From: Protoeuglena noctilucae | Lineage: Eukaryota | Length of the DNA stretch: 64,000 nt | Direction: 5' to 3' | NCBI GenBank assembly: GCA_958009085.1 | Contig: OY253690.1 | Span: forward strand, 62,001 to 126,000 | Part shown: one piece after another, positions 58,801 through 64,000 of the stretch | Numbering within the stretch: position 1 is the stretch's first letter | How the letters are laid out: each line of letters opens with the position of its first letter | Program-made: the position numbers and the translations under genes | Notes under the pieces: model-generated | What the model saw: only the letters and a program-made list of their open reading frames with translations | Database searches by the model: none | What the model was told of the DNA's origin: nothing

Positions 58801-61800
58801 CTGGGCCACCAGCGACCGCACCCCCGCGCCCTGGGCCGCCCGCACCCTCGCCGCCTCCGCCACCGCCCCCGCCTCCGCCAAACGTGCTTTGCACCACTCC
58901 TCGCGAATGGCCGGATCGGGGGACGCGGCCGCCTCTCTCGCGCCACGTTCCCAGTCCGGATCGCGCTCCACGATCGCCACCAGCACCCGCACTGCCAGGG
59001 GCCGCTGCGATACTGGCACCGATACTAGCGCCGATATTGGCACCGATACTGGCGACGAGTCAGGCCGGGGGGAGTCGAACAGCCACAGGGCCAGGGCGCC
59101 CGCGGGGAGCGAAGACGGGTCGGTGATGTTACCGAGACCGTTGCCAGGAACGGTAGTGGTGATAATAGCTGGTGTAGTAGCAGTGTCCTCTACGATCGTG
59201 TTTGGGGATGCGAGGGTCATGGACGGACCCGCTTCACCATCGCTCGAATTAATACTGACATTGGCATTGGCATTGGCATGGGTATTGGCATTGGTGTTAC
59301 CATTCCCAGCTGTGTTGAAGACAGCGGGGGTGTCACCCACCCCGCTCGCACCCCCCGCATCGCCCACCCCACCGCCACCACCACCCCCACCCCCGCTCTC
59401 CCCACCACCCCCACCCCCACCACCCCCCCTTCTGTGCATTGTGCTTGTGGACAGGACAAAACGAGCCGCGATGTTGTTGGCGCGGGACGACGCCTGCGCG
59501 AACACCCTGGGCCTGCCGCCATTGTCGTCGGTGCCAGTTTTGGTGCCAGTGTTGGTGTCAGGTTGCGGTGCCAGTGTGGCTGTTTCACGGGGGGGTGCCT
59601 GGATGAAGCCCTTGCCGCCGATCTCCTCCCTGCGATTGCGATGGTGGAGTGGTGGAGATGGTATCACAATTTAGAGATGATCTGCTTTTCGCTTTGCAAT
59701 TGAGAGCGTGTACCACCACCACTCCACTCCCCCCTCTTTCGCCAACTCTCACCTCCTGCTCTCCTCTTGCTTGATCGCATAGTACATCGTCCGATACTGG
59801 TCGTCCTGCACATCCCCCGCCGCCCCCGACGCCCCCCTCGCCAGCACCGCCCCCAACGCAATCACCGCGTGCTCCGCTAACACCGCATATAACAGCATTT
59901 GCGTTTCCGACGACACCCCAAGGGATCGTAGCACGACGCGCGCGGCCATAGCACGATCGCCCGGACCGTACCCCTGGGTCGTTAAGGTGTAATTGGTGAC
60001 GGGGATATAAGTAAAGAACATAATGGCGAAGTTGGTGAGGACTGCCAACGCGCAGACGGCCCCGAAGCAGGCGTGCCAAAGACCGATGGTGCGGATGCCG
60101 CTGCGATTGGGGGGGTGGGGGGGGCTGATTGTGAAGGGGTGGGTGAGCATGGGGGAGAGTGGTTGTGAGTGAGTGAGTGAGGGCGATGGTGTGGATGCCG
60201 CTGCGATTGGGGGAGGGGGTGGTGGGAGGGTTGAGGTGGCATAGTGGGCGCCAGCTCGACTGCTGTGCATAGCATAGTGTGCAATCTGTTATTCGAGTTA
60301 CACTTATACAACCATCCCCCTTTCTATCAGCCTCACCTGGGTGCCGCCATGCGGCTGTACCGGACCAGCTTGGCGGCGTCGATCCGTATCTCCAGCACGT
60401 TATTCGCCAAACACAGAATAGGCGCCAGTGGGAACACGACCACGAACATCGCGAGCCACGAGAACTGGATGATGAGCTCCAGGTACTCAGTGCTGAGGTC
60501 TTGGGGCTCGGACCGCTTGCGCTGGGAGACCAGGCTGGGGGGGGGGGGGGTAAGTAGTGTTGATTTTTGTGTTGCAGTGGGTGGGAGTAGAGGGATGAGT
60601 GGGGTTAGTAGAGAAGTGGGGTGGTGGTGGGGTGGATCAACGCTCTTGCGCTGGGGGACAAGTCTGGGGGGGTTACAAGGGGGGGGCTGGTGTGTTCTTA
60701 GTAGTAGTGTAAGTGTGGAGTGGGGTGTGGGGTAGCGATGGGGTGGGGAGGGGCGAGGTTGGGGCATGCTTGCACTGAGAGACCAGGCTTGGGGTTGGGG
60801 GGGGGGAAGGGGCGAGTGGGATGAGGTGGAGTGGGAGTGGGGTGAGGGGCTGGGGTTCGATAGGTTAGAGGGGTGAGTGGGAGTGGGCGGTGGGGTTGGT
60901 AAAATACATGGAATGGCGGTTCTACATGAATATGCTTGATATACACTAATACTCCCTTGCCTGTACCAGTAGGTCCTGTTCCAGCACCAGTTGTACGAGG
61001 GGTGCATGAGTGTTATCAGATATAGGCAACACATCTAATTCACATCCAATCTATTAATATTCGAATCTCTCACCTGTACCAGTAGGTCCTGTTCCAGGAG
61101 TAGTTGTGCGCGGGGTGCAGGCACAGCAAATCCCTGTATGCCTGACTCTCATCCATATCGATCAGCGATCCCTCCGGATAAACGTTATCCAGAAATAAAG
61201 GCTGCTTGTGGTTGCTGGAGCGGGCGCGGGTGAGGGCGTGGGACAGGAGGCGGGAAAAGGTGGGGTAGGCAAGGGAGAGGGGGCTGCCGCGGTCGCCCCT
61301 GCGTTGCATATTAGAGGGGTGGGAATTTAAATTTTAAAATTTGAAATTGTAATCGAAAAGTATCATTGGCTGAGGCAAAGAGTATCGATTGTAATGTGGG
61401 GTAGGAGAGATGAGAGAGGGCGCTGTTACGGACGCCCCTCCATCACCTCAACACCCCTTCACCTCTCCACCACCACTCACATCACCCCCACCCCCCTCAC
61501 CTCGGCTCCATCATCACCCCCAACACCCCCTCCGCCCTCCTCTGCGTCATCTCCCTGACTGTCGGATTCCTGGCCCATTCCACCGCCATCCGAGCCGCCG
61601 CGTGAAACACACGGCCGCCCTCACGAGACGCGTGGTTGCCCAGGACCTGTGAGTGTGTGTGTGGGGGGGGAAATTTGAAAGTGAATGAGCAATGGATAGT
61701 AGCATGTGTACTATCCATTCCTAAACGCGGTAATTTAATCAGCACCCTTGCAAGAAGCGGGGTTGCCAAGGACCTGTGAGGGGGGGGGGGAGGAAGATTT

Positions 61801-64000
61801 GAATTATATAAGCGATCGATGTCAGTATGTGACAATGTTTGTCTACGTAGCACCTATCCCACACACCACCCCCCCACCACTTGCCACCCCACCACCCCCA
61901 TCACAGACTCCCCCCTGCCCTCATCCCAACTCACCACCTGCCACCCCAGCCTCCGGAACTCCGCCCGCGTGTCCCTCGCCGCCCTCTCAACCGCCGCATC
62001 GCGGGACGGCGACGACGATAGCACAGACGACCACGACCCTTCCCCACGCAACGCCGACGGCCGCAGCAGCTCCGGGGCCAGCAAAAGGTCCGCCGGGTCG
62101 CGGTACTCCGCCCCGGGATTCGATCCGCGACCGCTCGGGGTGCCGGGGGAAACGGGGGGAGGTGCACCAGCGGGTGCGCCGGAACGTGCTGTGGCTGCAC
62201 CGGAACGTGCTGTGAGCGAGTGGGGGCGCGTGGGGGTGACACGTGCTTCGGAGGATCTCAGAGAGAGACTTTGCAGATCTGTGCGATGACGATCGCGGTC
62301 GTTTGCGGTGGTCCGTCGCAGCTGCATGCGCGCTGCTTGCGCTTGGGCCGCGTAGGTGAGACGTCGGTACAGAGCCATTCCCCACGGCAGTCCGATCTCT
62401 TTCATCTGATTGAGGACTTGGCCGGTCAGGAGCAGGGAGATGATCTGGGTCTGTGGGGGAGGGGGAAGGGGGGGTGGGGGTTGAGTAGGTGGGGGGAGAG
62501 TAACTGTGTAGTGAGGAGCAGGGAGATGATCATTGGCACCAGTCGATTATACAGTACTATTTACAGTGACCTAGTGCGCTACGCTCCACCACCAACACAG
62601 CCACCCAACCCCCCGTCCCCACCCCCATCCCCCTCCCCCTCCCCAATGACCCTCTCTCGCCTGCAGCTGCGCCCAGTCCTTTCGTATGAACGCGATGTAG
62701 AAGAGCGATATATTGGCGTTGAAGGTGAAGAACACGAACAGCCGCGTGGCCATGGCGTTGGTGAGGGAAGTGTCAGTGCGGTGCATCTCCCAGTCAGCAA
62801 GGCGGGACGAGGCCCAGACGTACGCGGACTGCGATTGGAAATGGGTTACAAATCATGAATATATGTAATGTAATATATGATATTATAGTATTTATGATAT
62901 GTTGCATCTCCCAGTCGGCAAGGCGGGACGAGGCCCAGACGTACGCGGACTGCGAGTTGTATGAAAAGAGGGATATGTTTTCAGTAAACATGTAGATATA
63001 GATATGTTATACATACAGACATATGCGATGGGACGAGGCCCAGACGTACGCCGACTGAGACGCAACAAGGTGACGGTGGACGAGATGCACCTGTACTACT
63101 ATCAGATACGAATCACATTGTCGTTATGAGTATTCTGAATCCAAAGCACATGTTCACCTGCGATACCGGGATGATAAGCCCGTTCAGCACCCCCGTCACG
63201 GTGCATGCGATGCAGCTATGCTACTGTTTCACCGATACTAATATTAAAACTACTATTGCTCAATATAAATCATATTCACCTGCGACACGGGTATGATGAG
63301 CCCGTTCAGCACCCCCGTGACCGTGGATGCGATGCGGGCGGCAGTGGCGGTGGTGACGGACCCGGGGGACCACAGAGTGGCGCCGAACAGGGAGCCGTCT
63401 CGCAAGTTGCTCTCGATCGTCTGCGTTGATTAGGGAGAGATAATGGTTAAGTGTTTGTTACTTTATCTATAAAGTTGCTCTCGATGGTCTGCGAATAGTT
63501 AGCCACGGCTGTTACCGCCGCCACTCAATCATTAACTCTGATCAAAGTACTTTAACTCAGTGTAACCACTATTCCTCGCCTGCAGCAGTATCATGATCCC
63601 CAGCGACGCGAGGCAGGACACGGCCAGCAGCGCCACGGATGCACTGGCACGCAATGTGCGCTGGAATGATGGGATGTAGTAGACGTCGCCATATGCGGCG
63701 AGGTCGGCCCTGCATGTGATAGGGGTGTGGTTATTAGTATTAATAGTGTGTTTTGTTAATATTGGCAGTCGTATACTAGTAATTAAAACGATAAACCCCA
63801 CTCCCACCAACAACCCCCCCTTCACTGGGGACTCCCCATACACACCTGATCTGCCTCTCCCTCGCCACCGCGTCCCTCCCCTTCATGTTCAGATTCAAAG
63901 CCTCGAACATCCACGCCATCACGCGGCGCTGCTTTCTGGCGTCCGCGCTGCTCAGCTGATCATCAATGCGAGCCACGAACTCTGGCCGCACCGATTGGGA
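55894..64000 (-). CDS. Anoctamin/TMEM16-family channel or scramblase with a long C-terminal extension; 5' end is off the window
   Basis: LADWEMHRT..RLFVFFTFNANISLFYIAF, QVLNQMKEIGLPW, EYLELIIQFSWLAMFVVVFPLAPILCLANNVLEIRIDAAKL, IGLW..LAVLTN, EH motif. Downstream exons continue in frame to PSFTEDA-TGA. Confidence 0.88.
56061..56390. repeat. 135-bp near-perfect tandem repeat spanning an exon end and donor site
   Basis: Unit starts ATCACTCG at 56061, 56196 and 56331. Confidence 0.95.

Noticed and set aside
60955..61075. Echoes as ordinary mutually exclusive exons
   Set aside because: Copies are truncated and generally have only one splice site, so they are not complete cassettes; RNA data are needed to exclude this fully.

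Overview
This is GC-rich, intron-containing eukaryotic DNA. A green alga is likely (inference from a plastid-type SOUL/DUF2358 gene, an RLF-type cytochrome b5 gene and TGTAA motifs downstream of several stops). About 16 genes can be modelled by hand: a secreted Thr-rich repeat protein, a kinase-RING-Rcat-beta-helix fusion and its disrupted paralog, F-box/ankyrin, synaptotagmin-like, WDR5-like, PIG-U, PUS10, Arc1/AIMP1-like, EMC6, SOUL, cytochrome b5, two GT61 glycosyltransferases, an RNI-type LRR protein and an anoctamin. The most striking signal is recurrent 'exon-edge echoes'. At more than 25 sites, the 20-60 bp at the edge of a coding exon, including its splice site or even its stop codon, is repeated 1-2 extra times about 35-150 bp away in the adjacent intron or 3' flank. 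These apparently non-coding copies often differ from the real exon mainly at synonymous third positions. The window also has many GC-AG introns and long introns with a G-rich 5' half and C-rich 3' half. All gene models and family calls come from manual motif reading, with no database search.
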